Shown here: one piece after another, positions 9,637 to 19,386 of the stretch
How the letters are laid out: each line of letters begins with the position of its first letter
Position numbering within the stretch: the first letter of the stretch is position 1
Assembly (NCBI GenBank): GCA_030447525.1
Contig: JAUJOR010000010.1
Coordinates: forward strand, 141,113 to 205,112
Reading direction: 5' to 3'
Length of the DNA stretch: 64,000 bases
From: Chloroflexota bacterium
GTDB taxonomy: Bacteria; Chloroflexota; UBA11872; UBA12225
Made by a program: the position numbers and the translations under genes
The notes under the pieces: generated by a model
Told to the model about the DNA's origin: nothing
Databases searched by the model: none
Seen by the model: only the letters and a program-made list of their open reading frames with translations

Positions 9637-10760
9637 CGGCGCCAGCAGGCGTCGGCGCGGTGGACGACGCGCAGGTAGGCACGGGCCGCCCGCGCGGCGT
9701 CGGCGCGCGCCCGCGGCCCCGGACTCCGCCACCCGTCCGCCACGGCCAGGTGGTAGCGGAGGGTGCCGGCCAGGGCGTTGCAGGCGCCGGCGAACCAGTA
9801 CCCGTCCCGCAGGTCGCGGTCGAGCCGGTCGGGCAGGGCGCGGGCGTAGAGATACCGGCGCAGCAGCGTGTCGTGGCGCCGCGCCGCCTCCGGCTCCCAC
9901 AGCCCCAGGGACTGCAACCAAGAGCTGACGTCCTCCAGCGGAGACCCGCGCCGGACGCGCCCCCAGTCGAGGAGCACCAGCCGCAGGCACCCGCCGCGCC
10001 GGGCGACGACGACGTTGCCCGGATGGACGTCGCCGTGGATCGGGCCCGGTTCGAGCCCCGGCGACGGGGCCTCCAGCAGCCGGCGCCGGACGGCCGGCAG
10101 GGCGGCGACAACGCGCCTCATCTCCGGCACGGCCGGCCGGAAGGATGCCCACTCTCCCTTCGCCGTCACGGTTTCCAGGGCTTCGAGAGTCGTGGCGGCC
10201 GATTCTCGCAGCTCGACCTCGTAGTCCCAGTCGGCCCCCGGTGCGTGACCGACGGTCGCCAGCGCCGCGTGGAGCCGCGCCAGTTCCTCCAGCGTCCGGC
10301 CGGCCAGAGTGGTGTCTCCCCAAGGCCAGCGGCGCCAGGGGCGGACATACTCTAGGTACAGGTCGCAGCCCCCGCCGCGGCGCTGGACGTGCAGGAGCCG
10401 TGGCGTGAGGGGCGGACCGTCCAGCCCGGCCAGCGCCTCGTAGACCGCCGCTTCACGTGTGGCACCATCACTTCTCACGTGCTTCACCACGAATTCGGTC
10501 GAGTCCGCCGGGCGCGCTGCGCCTGCCCGGCGGACTCGGACGTGGGCCACGGTCGCGGCCTGCAGCCCGCCCCGCAATGGGCGGATGTCCAGCCCCACGC
10601 TTCCCAGCCCGCCGAGCGCGCCGGTGGTGTGCCGCGCCGTGAACGTCACCAACGCGCCCCGGTCAAGTCCCCCATCGACGTCCCCATCGGCGTCCTCGTC
10701 GGCCAGCGTCCGTGCCATCGCGTCCGCCATCACGTCGCCACCTGATCTGGTACCCGTCAT
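9633..10760 (-). CDS. Phosphotransferase-family kinase (APH / choline-kinase-like fold)
   Basis: 375 aa with the HGD catalytic motif (GPIHGDVHPGNVVV) and LVLLDWGRVRRG (Asp of the DFG-like motif). Confidence 0.65.
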   Translation of the reverse strand: MTGTRSGGDVMADAMARTLADEDADGDVDGGLDRGALVTFTARHTTGALGGLGSVGLDIRPLRGGLQAATVAHVRVRRAGAARPADSTEFVVKHVRSDGATREAAVYEALAGLDGPPLTPRLLHVQRRGGGCDLYLEYVRPWRRWPWGDTTLAGRTLEELARLHAALATVGHAPGADWDYEVELRESAATTLEALETVTAKGEWASFRPAVPEMRRVVAALPAVRRRLLEAPSPGLEPGPIHGDVHPGNVVVARRGGCLRLVLLDWGRVRRGSPLEDVSSWLQSLGLWEPEAARRHDTLLRRYLYARALPDRLDRDLRDGYWFAGACNALAGTLRYHLAVADGWRSPGPRARADAARAARAYLRVVHRADACWRR

Positions 10761-10802
10761 GCCACCTGTCCCTCTCGCCCCGATCCAGGGCCGATGGCAA
10801 GT

Positions 10803-11141
10803 CTAGCGACTGTTCTGGGCTGCACGTGCGCCACCGCCTGCATCCCGGCCCCGCGCGGTCTCCTCCTCGTCCAGGATCTGCAGCAAGAGGTCAGACTCCC
10901 CTGCCACCACGCCAGGGACGAACGCCCCCAGCAGACCGAGCTGGGCCGCCAGGTAGGCCGTTCCCAGGGCCACGGCGACCACCGCCAGCAGGAACAACTC
11001 CCGGCTGCGTAAGGCCGCCACGCGCTCGAAGAGCCAGGGGAAGAGGCGCAGCCCCACTGGTCCCAGGCTCGCCAGCAGGGCGGCTGCGACGCATGCGGCG
11101 CCGGAGGCCACGGCCAGGTTGACCAGGAGGGTGCCGCTCAC
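10803..11141 (-). pseudogene. Internal fragment of a CPA2-type cation:proton antiporter (KefB/KefC-like)
   Basis: SRELFLLAVVAVALGTAYLAAQLGLLGAFVPGVVAGESDL matches the central TM region of Kef-type antiporters. Only about 110 aa are present, with no N- or C-terminus. Confidence 0.45.
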
Positions 11142-11753
11142 GCGCCGCTCGTGGCAGTCGTATTGGTAGTGGTATTGATGCTCCTCTTAATGTCAAGCGG
11201 CACAGCCGGCCGGTGCTGGGGGGAGGGAGGGCCCGGATGGGCCGGAGGCGCTCGGCGCGGCGGGCGCGGTTTCGCAGGCAGCCGCGTCCGGCCACGCGGG
11301 GTGAGCCCGTGCGGCGGGGGCGCCTTGCTGCTGGGCATCGCCGGCCGGCGGTCAGCGGGGCGGCGGGCTGTCCGGCGCCGGCGGCGGCGGCGTGCTCCTC
11401 CTTGTGGGTGTCTACCCCGCCGACGATCCCTACGTCCGGCACGTCGGGCACGGTTTCGGGCACCGTCTGCACCGGTCGGCCCGTTACTCCGCTCATGGCG
11501 CTGCCTTCCTCCCTCACGGGACTGCGAACGGCACCCTAGCGTCGCGACGGGCGGACAGGACACTGACGGGGCCGCCCCGCGCGGGGACGGCGGCCACGAC
11601 GGGCGGGTGCACGACACACCAGCGGGCCGCCGGCCGGGGCGGACGGATCAACACGAGGACACGCAGTGGTCGGCCCGGTTTTGGGGTCACACCCCGGCGC
11701 AGCGGCCCACTAGAATCATCACTGACGCAATACCACCAGGGAGGGTGATACGT

Positions 11754-12296
11754 ATGGCAGCACAGAGCTTGGGTCCGCGGCTCACCGCCATTGGACAGAG
11801 GCTGGGGAATGATCTGGGCCAATGGCTGGGGCGCGCGGACTACCGCTGGGGGGTGCGCAACAGGCAACTCGCGGCGGGCGCCGCCGGCGTGGGCATAGCC
11901 AGCATGGCCGCCACGTCGCTTCTGCAGCTGGGGGTGGTGAAGCACCTCCCCGATCCACCGCTGCCGGGATTCGACTCCGACAAGGTGAACCTCTCGCCAC
12001 ACGCGTTCCCGTTCGGCATGCCAGACGGGCCGCTGGCTCTGGGTGCGTACATCACGGCGCTGGCGCTGGCTGCCTGGGGGCCCGCAGACCGGGCGAAGAC
12101 CCAGCCGTGGGTGCCGCTGGCGGCCGGGGGCCAGGCCGCGTTGCTGGCGGCGGTGTCCGGGTACTACTTCTATTCGATGCCGGCGAAAGAGCATGCCTGG
12201 TGCGGGTACTGCATTGTGGCCGCTCTGGCCAGTCTCGCCATCTTCGGGTTGGTCCTGCCGGAGGCGCGGCTGGCGGCCAGGGAGGTGCGTGGCTAG
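11754..12296 (+). CDS. Membrane protein with a CxxC motif in a TM helix, resembling the vitamin K epoxide reductase family (tentative)
   Basis: The ATG at 11754 is preceded by GGAGGGTGA. The protein is 180 aa with 4-5 hydrophobic helices and has KEHAWCGYC. The long Arg-rich upstream extension in the ORF track was ignored. Confidence 0.4.
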   Translation: MAAQSLGPRLTAIGQRLGNDLGQWLGRADYRWGVRNRQLAAGAAGVGIASMAATSLLQLGVVKHLPDPPLPGFDSDKVNLSPHAFPFGMPDGPLALGAYITALALAAWGPADRAKTQPWVPLAAGGQAALLAAVSGYYFYSMPAKEHAWCGYCIVAALASLAIFGLVLPEARLAAREVRG

Positions 12297-12339
12297 TCGC
12301 GCCTCACGGGATCGGGGAGTCGCGTGGCGTCCTCGGCGA

Positions 12340-13149
12340 TCAGGCGCGCTCTCGGTCTTCCAGTACTGCGCGGGCGGCGGCTCGTCCTGGTACCGCGGAC
12401 ACGCCACCGCCGAGGAACGTTCCCGCGCCGCTGAGGTAGAGGCCGGGCACCGGCCCCCAGTGGTGCGCTAGCTCGCGGTCGGGGCGGAACAGGGGCATCT
12501 GGTCCGGCGTCATGTCCAGGTGCATCGGGTGCCCCCCGAGGAGGCCGATCTCCTCTTCCCAGTCCTCTGCGTGCCGCCAGGCGACGCCCGTGACCGCATC
12601 TTTGAATCCCGGCGCCCGGGCTTCCACCGCGTCCAGCAGGCGCCCCGCCTCCCGCTCGCCGTTCTCCCGCCAGGAGGCGCCGTCCGCGAACCGCGCCGGG
12701 TAGGACGCGCACGCCACGTAGGCGCCGTGCTTCCCTGGCGGCGCCACCGACGCATCGATCGCCGAAGGGGTGAAGATGTAGACACCCGGCTCAGAAGGAG
12801 AAATACCTGCCTCGGCCTGCAGGAAATTCTTCCGTACTTGCTCCGCCGAGGCGGTCACCGATTGCACGCCGTTCCATGCGTCCGAGCGGGCGGGGTCACC
12901 GTGCTCGTGCCCGCGCCAAGGCGGCAGCCGGTCCAGCGCTGCGTGGACCACGAACTGCACCGCGTTGGAGCGGTGGCGCGCCTGCACCCGCCGCGCGAGC
13001 GCGGGCGTGAGGCCCACGTACATCGCGGCCGGCACTGTCTCGCCGCGCAGCGAGCCGTGCGCCCATGCTCCCAGGCCCGCCGCGGCGACCAGCGCCATGA
13101 CCGGGGTGAGGCTCCGGGCCCCCGTGAGCGCGGCGCCTGGCACGCACAA
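12340..13149 (-). pseudogene. C-terminal 270 aa of a CrtI-like FAD-dependent oxidoreductase (phytoene-desaturase family); the N-terminal FAD-binding half is absent
   Basis: It ends PGLYLSGAGTFLGGGVSAVPGRAAARAVLED, which is the family C-terminus. No Rossmann GxGxxG region lies upstream. Confidence 0.5.
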
Positions 13150-13543
13150 TGCACAGAGGAATCGCGATCGCGTGGCAGGTCAGGGGATGCAAAGAGTGCC
13201 GCATGTCCCAACGATCGGCGCATGACCACCTTCAGTCCTACCTACCAGCAAGCACAGCCTGCGACGGCCCGCGGCGGACGCACGAGCGGCCACCCCTCAG
13301 CGCCCGCCCGCGGGCGCCTTCATGTTCGCTACGGGAATCGAGTGCAGCTGTCCGCCTCTGCCCAAGACAAGAACGGCGAACGCCTCCGCCACGACGGCCG
13401 GTGGCAGCGCCGTATCCGTCTTTCAGAACGTACGTGAACCGAGAACAGAGTTTCGCCCCTGCCGACGTGGGGCACCTGGAAGCGAGTGCCGGTGACGTCA
13501 CAGCGGCGTCACAGTGCGCACGCAACGTGCCCGAGGGCGTGCG

Positions 13544-14120
13544 ATGCAAGTCGCCGGCGCCGACTCTCCCCATGCGCTGGGCGTGCTCCCCACGCCGCCC
13601 GCTCCCTTCGCCGCGCTCAGGCGCTTCCCGCGATGCGCGCTCATCGTGCGAGCGGAGTCGCCCGCCCGCAGCGTGTACGTCGTTGGGTCGGGATACGTCC
13701 GCGTCTACTTCCTAGCGGAAACGGGTGAGGAGACCTCGCTGGCCTTGCTCGGTCCCGGCCAGGTCTTCGGCATCGCGGCGCTGCTGGGGTTCCCCACCTG
13801 CCGCGTCTTCGCCGAGGCGCTGACCGCGATCGAGTTGTGGGAGCTGCCGGTGGAGCGGCTGCGCCGGGCGCTGCCGGAGGACACGGCCGTCCTCGGTCTC
13901 CTGGTGGGCGCCCTCGGACGCCGGCTCGCCGCGGCAGAGGCGCTGCTGCGCGACGTCGCGCTGCTGCCCGTGTCCGCCCGCGTATCGGGCCTGCTGGGGC
14001 GCCTCTCCGCCTCTCTGGGCGGCGAGCCGCCGCGGCTGACCAACGAGTACCTCGCGCGCTCGTCGGCGCGCGCCAGACGGTGAGCCGCGCCGGCGCGCGC
14101 CGTTCGCACGGCCGGCGCCA
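13544..14120 (+). pseudogene. Crp/Fnr-family regulator with cNMP-binding domain, frameshifted in the C-terminal HTH
   Basis: The cNMP domain is in frame (YVRVYFLAETGEETSLALLGPGQVFG). The HTH starts RLTNEYLAR and then continues in another frame (LVGARQTVSRA). Confidence 0.5.
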
Positions 14121-14156
14121 CATAAGGCGCGGCCGGCGCGCGGAGTCGCGGATGCC

Positions 14157-14879
14157 ATGGATGGAGGTTCAGGAAGTACGGCCGCTGGCGACCCGGGTGA
14201 GGAGAAGACGTGGTACCTGCGCCGGGTAGACGTCTTCCGCGCCTGTCCGACGACGAGATCGAGCAGGCTCGGAGCGATGCTGGAGGCTCGGGTCTTCTCT
14301 GCGGGCGAGCCTGCTGGTCGCCCTCGACACGCCGCGGCGGCAGGTGTACGTCGTGAAGACCGGGGCCGTTCGGCTGTTCCACCGCGGACCGGACGGGCGG
14401 GTGATCACGGCCGGCACGGTGGAGCGCGGCGGTCTGCTCGGCGTCTCATCGCTCTTCAACGGCACTGCGCAGGACGGCTTCCTCCTGGCCGAGGCGGCCA
14501 GCGAGGTCGTGGCGTGCTTGGGCGACGGCTGGAGCTTCCTGCGCGCTATCACCCGGTGGCCGTCCGTGCTGCTCACGCTGGCCGAGCAGGCTGGGCGCGC
14601 AGGCTCGTGCAGGTGGAGCAGCAGATCGGCGCGGTGGCAGCTGCGGACGCGCGTACCCGCCTCGCCCGCGCGCTGTACCACCTGGCCCGCGATGCGGGCG
14701 AGAGCCTGCCGGGGGACGGACGGCTTATCCGGCTGACGCCGACGCACGCCACGCTGGCCGCGCACATCGGCGCCAGCCGGGAGACGGTCACCCGCGCCCT
14801 TGCGGCGCTCGAGGCGGGCGGGGCTACATCCGGCGCCATGGGCGCCGCACGGTGCTGCCCAACCCCGCGCGGCTGGTGA
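14157..14879 (+). pseudogene. Second Crp/Fnr-family regulator, split over at least two frames
   Basis: The cNMP domain (MYVVKTGAVRLFHRGPDGRVITAGTVERGGLLG) is in frame 14344. The HTH (TRLARALYHLARDAGE...RLTPTHATLAAHIGASRETVTRAL) is in frame 14157. Confidence 0.5.
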
Positions 14880-14919
14880 CTGACTTCGGTCTCCCCGGCG
14901 GCGACTGACTACATCCAGG

Positions 14920-16618
14920 GGGCCTGTTGCCAAAGTCGGGTATGGTGGTCAGGAGGAGCACGGTGCGGGGTACGCGCGCCCCGTGCACGCGACGGGAACG
15001 GCCGCTGGGCCGGACCGGAGCTCGAACCGGGGACAGGCCCGCTTGAGAAGGGGGAGGGGCCCAACGCCGCACCCCCCATGGCCGGGCTGGGGGCGCGCCG
15101 TTGGGCCAGCTTCTTGACGTCGTACGCGATGGCGCGCCCAGCGCCTGGATCAGCACCTTGTCTCGCCCCCGACACTGCGCCCGCCGCAGCCCGTGACGGT
15201 CCTTCAGTTCGGCGTTGGCCGTCTCGACCCAGTACGCGCGCGGCGCCGGCTGCGCTTGGCGGGTGGCGTGCGGAGATAGGCGACGACTCGGTCGCGCAGT
15301 CCCCCATCGTCCGGGCGCACGAGGGTGCGGGCCGCCGGGCCGCAGCAGCACTGCGCCTTGACCGGGCACGCCCCGCAGACCTTCGGCCGCCTGCGGTAGA
15401 TCAGGCCACCGGCCGCCCCGGCAGTGCGCGAGGAGCCCTGGCGGGTGAGGAGCGTTCGGTGGGACACCGATAGCGATTAGCGATCGGCGGCGAACTCGTA
15501 CACGAAGCGGTCGGCAGAGTAGTCACCCCGGTCGCTCATGGTGCTGTGGGGCGGGATGCTCGCCCGGATGCCCTGCTGCTCCAGCGCCACGTAGTTGGCG
15601 TAGGTCCCGTACTTGGTATCCGCCACCACTTCGGCCACCGTACGCCCGGTCGTGCCTCGATGCTCCTTGAGCAGCCGGTCCAGCAGGTGCTCGTCGGCAA
15701 CCTCGCCCGGAGTCACGTCCAGCGCGGTGATGAGACGCGCCCGCCCGCCGTCCACGCCGACGTGCGCCTTGTAATAGAAGGCGTAGGGAGACCCCCTCGC
15801 GCTTGACCAGCCCCGCGTCGGGATCGGTGCGACTGGTCACCAAGGCGTTCACCGGCCCCCTGGTCCCCGTTGGGCACGTCCTCCGGACCGGCCACGTGCA
15901 GCGACGGGCGCGCCGCGCGCGTTCGCCGTGAGGCCACCGGCCGAGTCCGGCGCCGGCTGCTCCCCCTCGCCGGGAGGGCCGGCGGCGGCGTGGGATCGGA
16001 GACGGGATTCTCCTGCCACACCGTCGCGACGTACCCGGCCGCGCTCGGCAGCTGAGTGAGCAGCGCCCGCGCGCCGGCCGACCCAAGACTGGCATTGGCC
16101 TTGACCAGCGTGCTGTCCACGTAGAGGACGTCGCCCCGCACCAGGCCGGCCCGCTCGCGTTTCCACCACCTCGGTGAAAAGCCGCCTGGTACACGGGCAG
16201 GCCGAAGCGCGCCCGCGCCTTGGACAGCATCGAGTGGTCCGGCGCGTCTCGTCGAGGTCGTACCCCAAGAACCAGCGGAAGGCCAGGTGCAGGCGCGCCT
16301 CCTCGGCCAGCCGCCGCTCCGACGTGATGCCGTAGAGGTACCCGAGCAGCATCAGCTTGAACAGCACCACCGGATCGACCCCCGGCCGGCCGGTGTGGCT
16401 GTAGAACCGCGCCGTCAGCCGCCGCACAAAGCTGAGGTCGAGCGCCGCCCCGATGCGCCGCAGCAAGTGGTCGCTCGGGACCTGCGCTTCTAGCGAGAAC
16501 TCGTAGAAGCGCTTCGGCGTGAATTCCTTACGGCCCAACATCGTGCCCCACCTCGAACAGGGAGCCACCATCCTACTCAGACCTCGGCCGGTCCGGCCAG
16601 AGTTTGGCAACAGGCCCC
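14920..16618 (-). mobile_element. IS1182-family (IS5 superfamily) insertion sequence, copy A, with the transposase reading on the minus strand and frameshifted
   Basis: The 1699-bp element is bounded by terminal inverted repeats GGGGCCTGTTGCCAAA. Transposase pieces are FYEFSLEAQVPSDHLLRRI...GYLYGITSERRLAEEARLHLAFRWFLGYDLDE, VLYVDSTLVKANASL, DTKYGTYANYVALEQQGIRASIPP and the C-terminal CPVKAQCC...ETANAELKDRHGLRRA, spread over three or more frames. Confidence 0.8.
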
Positions 16619-16887
16619 AGGGAGGTGCTGCAAGACACCGCCGGGAGCGTCCGCCTCAGCTTGACCTCGCCCGCTGGAGTCGCGGGGTGGGAACATGTCT
16701 GGCGGAATGCGCCCGAGCACACCGTGTGCCGCCGTTTTGGAATGGCGGGAGCCATTGGGGGGGATGCGTATTTCCGATGCAGACGCGGTTGTGACGAATG
16801 TGACGGAATCGGTGCCGGCAACGGCCTACGATGGCTTCAACCCCAGGGGACTCACTCTTCCCGTGCCCTGGGGCAGAGGGGGGCATC

Positions 16888-19281
16888 ATGAGCAAGCGGA
16901 ACACCATGGCGACGGCGGGCAAGACTCTCCCCAGGCTTCTGGCGGCCGCAGGGCTGACGTTCGTGCTGGTCATCCCGCCGGCCGTGCTGGCGGCCGGCAG
17001 CGCCGCCCCTGAGGCCGCGCCTGGGGCCGCTACCGGGGCGTCGGCAAGCGCGCAACTCGCGTCTTCGCCGGGATTCCCGCTGGTGCAGTTGCCGCCCGGG
17101 TTCATGATCGAGAAGGTGGTGGACGGTCTGACCTACACCACGGGCATGACGTGGGACGATCAGGGACGCATGTACGTGCTGGAGGCGGGCGGCCAGTTCG
17201 TGGAAGAGGAGCCGCCCTCGCGCATCCTCCGCATCGAGCCCGGCCGCGCCACCGAGGTAGCGGATTTGGCCGCTATGGGCGTCGCTGATTCCGCGGTGGG
17301 CATCACCTGGCACAACGGCGCCTTCCTGGTGACGCACCGCGACAGCCGAGACCGCTCCGGCGCCGTCTCTCGTGTGACGCTGGACGGTCAGCGCACGCAG
17401 CTCTTCAGCGGGATCATGGACAGCCAGTCCGAGCACCAGATCAACGACGTCAAGATCGGCCCGGACGGCCGCGCCTACGTTGCTGTGGGACCGGCTAGCA
17501 ATGCGGGCGTGGTCGGCATCGACCTGGCGCCGTTCACGATGCGCAGCCCGGGCGTGCACCACCACCCGTGCCAGGAGATCGTGCTCACCGGGCGCAACTA
17601 CCGCACGCCGGACTTCCGCTCCAGGGAGGTGCAGGGCGACCTTGCTAACACGGGCGCCTTCGTGCCCTTCGGCACGCCGACCGAGCCGGGGCAGGTGATC
17701 AAGGGCACCAACAAGTGCGGCGGCGCCATCCTGGTGTTTGACCCGGCCAGTCCGGCCAGTGCCGAGGCCACCCTGCGCCCCTACGCGCACGGCTTCCGCA
17801 ACGTCATCGGCGTGGCCTGGACGACGCGGGGTGAGATGTACGCTGGAGTCAACGGCTATGACATCCGCGGCTCGCGCTCCGTCAGGGATGAGTGGGATGC
17901 AACCTACCGTGTCCAGGAGGGGGTGTGGTACGGCTGGCCGGACTTCTCGGCAGCGCTGGAGCCGGTGACCGAGCGTAAGTTCGAGGTGCCGGACGCGAAC
18001 CAGGCACCGGTTTTCATGCGGGGCGTGGCGCAGGGCAAGGACCTGGGGTTCGTCATCGACCACGCGGCGAGCGGCCTGATGCCACCCGATCGTTCGCTGG
18101 TGGCCGGGCTGCACCTGTGGAACTCCTCGCCGTCCATGCTTGACGTGGCGCCGGCGTCCTGGGGCGACATGGCCGGGCAGTTGTTCGTCGCTGAGTGGGG
18201 CGACCTGGCGCCGCCCACCAATCCGCTTGCCGGTAGCCCCTCCGGCTACCAGATCACGCGCATCGACCCCGCCTCCAAGCGTGCGATGCCCTTCGCCCGC
18301 AATGCCAAGCTCGGGCCGGCCTCGGCGCAGGGCGCGCCGGGAATGGGGCTCGAGCGGCCGTTCGACGTGAAGTTCGGGCCCGACGGCGCGATGTACATCT
18401 CTGACTACGGTGTGGCGCGCATCAACCCGGCGCGCACGGCGGAGGGCAAGCCGCCCTACGAGTTCCCGGTAGGGACGGGCGCCATCTGGAAGATCAGCCG
18501 CACCGCCGCGGGGCCGGGCGAGTTCCCGCACGCCATTGACGGGCGCACGATCTTCGACGAGCCCATGCCGACCCAGGTCCAGTTCCGCGCGGTGTACGGT
18601 GGGCGCACGCTCGAGGAGTGGGCGGCCCAGCACACCGCCGAGCTCCGCGCCGCCCGGAGTGATCGGGGAAGCGCCACCTACCGCGTCACCATCGAGAACC
18701 TCACCCAGGGCCAGCCCTTCTCGCCGCCGGTACTGGCGGCCCACGGCGGCGGCTTCGACATGTTCGAGGTGGGCCGCGCCGCCTCGGACGAGCTCGCCGC
18801 CATCGCCCAGGACGGTGAGCCGGGGCCGATGTTCCTCGCCGCCAGGGCCTCCGGGAGCGTCACCGAGGCGGTGAATGCCGGCGCGGCGGTGCCGCCCAAG
18901 GGGATGCTGAGGCGGGAGATCCGGGCGAACCACGGCGACCGGCTGTCCATCGCCTCGATGCTCGTCTGCACCAACGACGGGTTCTGGGCCCTGGACGCCG
19001 TGGCCCTCCCGGCGCAGGGAGCGCAGTCCTTCATGGCCACCGGGTACGACGCCGGACGCGAGCAGAACACCGAGCAGAGCGAGCACATCGTCGATACGTG
19101 CAGCATCCCACGGCCCCTGCCGGGCGACAACGACGGCAACATGAACCGGCCCGTGGCATCCAACCCGGTGGAGCCTATCCGGGACCATCCCGGCGTCAAG
19201 GGCACGGGCGAGCTCGATCCCGGCTTCCATGGATTCGCCAATCCTGTGGCCAGGATCACCGTCGAGCGCGTCGGCGCATAA
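16888..19281 (+). CDS. Secreted two-domain protein: SGL/sorbosone-dehydrogenase-like six-bladed beta-propeller fused to a C-terminal spondin-N (reeler-like) domain
   Basis: The ATG at 16888 is preceded by AGAGGGGGG. The N-terminus has a signal peptide (LLAAAGLTFVLVIPPAVLAAGSAAPEA). Propeller motifs include DVKFGPDGAMYISDYG. The C-terminus (ATYRVTIENLTQGQPFSPPVLAAHGGGFDMFEVGRAASDELAAIAQDGEP...MLVCTNDGFWALD) matches spondin_N. Confidence 0.6.
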   Translation: MSKRNTMATAGKTLPRLLAAAGLTFVLVIPPAVLAAGSAAPEAAPGAATGASASAQLASSPGFPLVQLPPGFMIEKVVDGLTYTTGMTWDDQGRMYVLEAGGQFVEEEPPSRILRIEPGRATEVADLAAMGVADSAVGITWHNGAFLVTHRDSRDRSGAVSRVTLDGQRTQLFSGIMDSQSEHQINDVKIGPDGRAYVAVGPASNAGVVGIDLAPFTMRSPGVHHHPCQEIVLTGRNYRTPDFRSREVQGDLANTGAFVPFGTPTEPGQVIKGTNKCGGAILVFDPASPASAEATLRPYAHGFRNVIGVAWTTRGEMYAGVNGYDIRGSRSVRDEWDATYRVQEGVWYGWPDFSAALEPVTERKFEVPDANQAPVFMRGVAQGKDLGFVIDHAASGLMPPDRSLVAGLHLWNSSPSMLDVAPASWGDMAGQLFVAEWGDLAPPTNPLAGSPSGYQITRIDPASKRAMPFARNAKLGPASAQGAPGMGLERPFDVKFGPDGAMYISDYGVARINPARTAEGKPPYEFPVGTGAIWKISRTAAGPGEFPHAIDGRTIFDEPMPTQVQFRAVYGGRTLEEWAAQHTAELRAARSDRGSATYRVTIENLTQGQPFSPPVLAAHGGGFDMFEVGRAASDELAAIAQDGEPGPMFLAARASGSVTEAVNAGAAVPPKGMLRREIRANHGDRLSIASMLVCTNDGFWALDAVALPAQGAQSFMATGYDAGREQNTEQSEHIVDTCSIPRPLPGDNDGNMNRPVASNPVEPIRDHPGVKGTGELDPGFHGFANPVARITVERVGA

Positions 19282-19386
19282 TCACCGCACGGGGTCTGCT
19301 CTGGGAGACCTCGCGGCGCAGACGGAATGGAACCTGCCAAGGTGGAGACACAGACGCATGGGGGGGTGTCCGGTTGGACTGACATT

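Noticed and set aside
8932-10323. 463-aa Arg/Gly/Pro-rich ORF on the minus strand
   Set aside because: It is antisense to the histidine-phosphatase and APH-like genes, with composition typical of reverse-frame ORFs in high-GC DNA and no domain signal.
11151-11753. Arg-rich 200-aa N-terminal extension of the VKOR-like ORF
   Set aside because: It is low-complexity with no SD. The ATG at 11754 has a strong GGAGGG and begins the hydrophobic domain.
16852-19230. 792-aa minus-strand ORF
   Set aside because: It is antisense to the propeller-spondin gene, with Arg/Gly-rich artefact composition.
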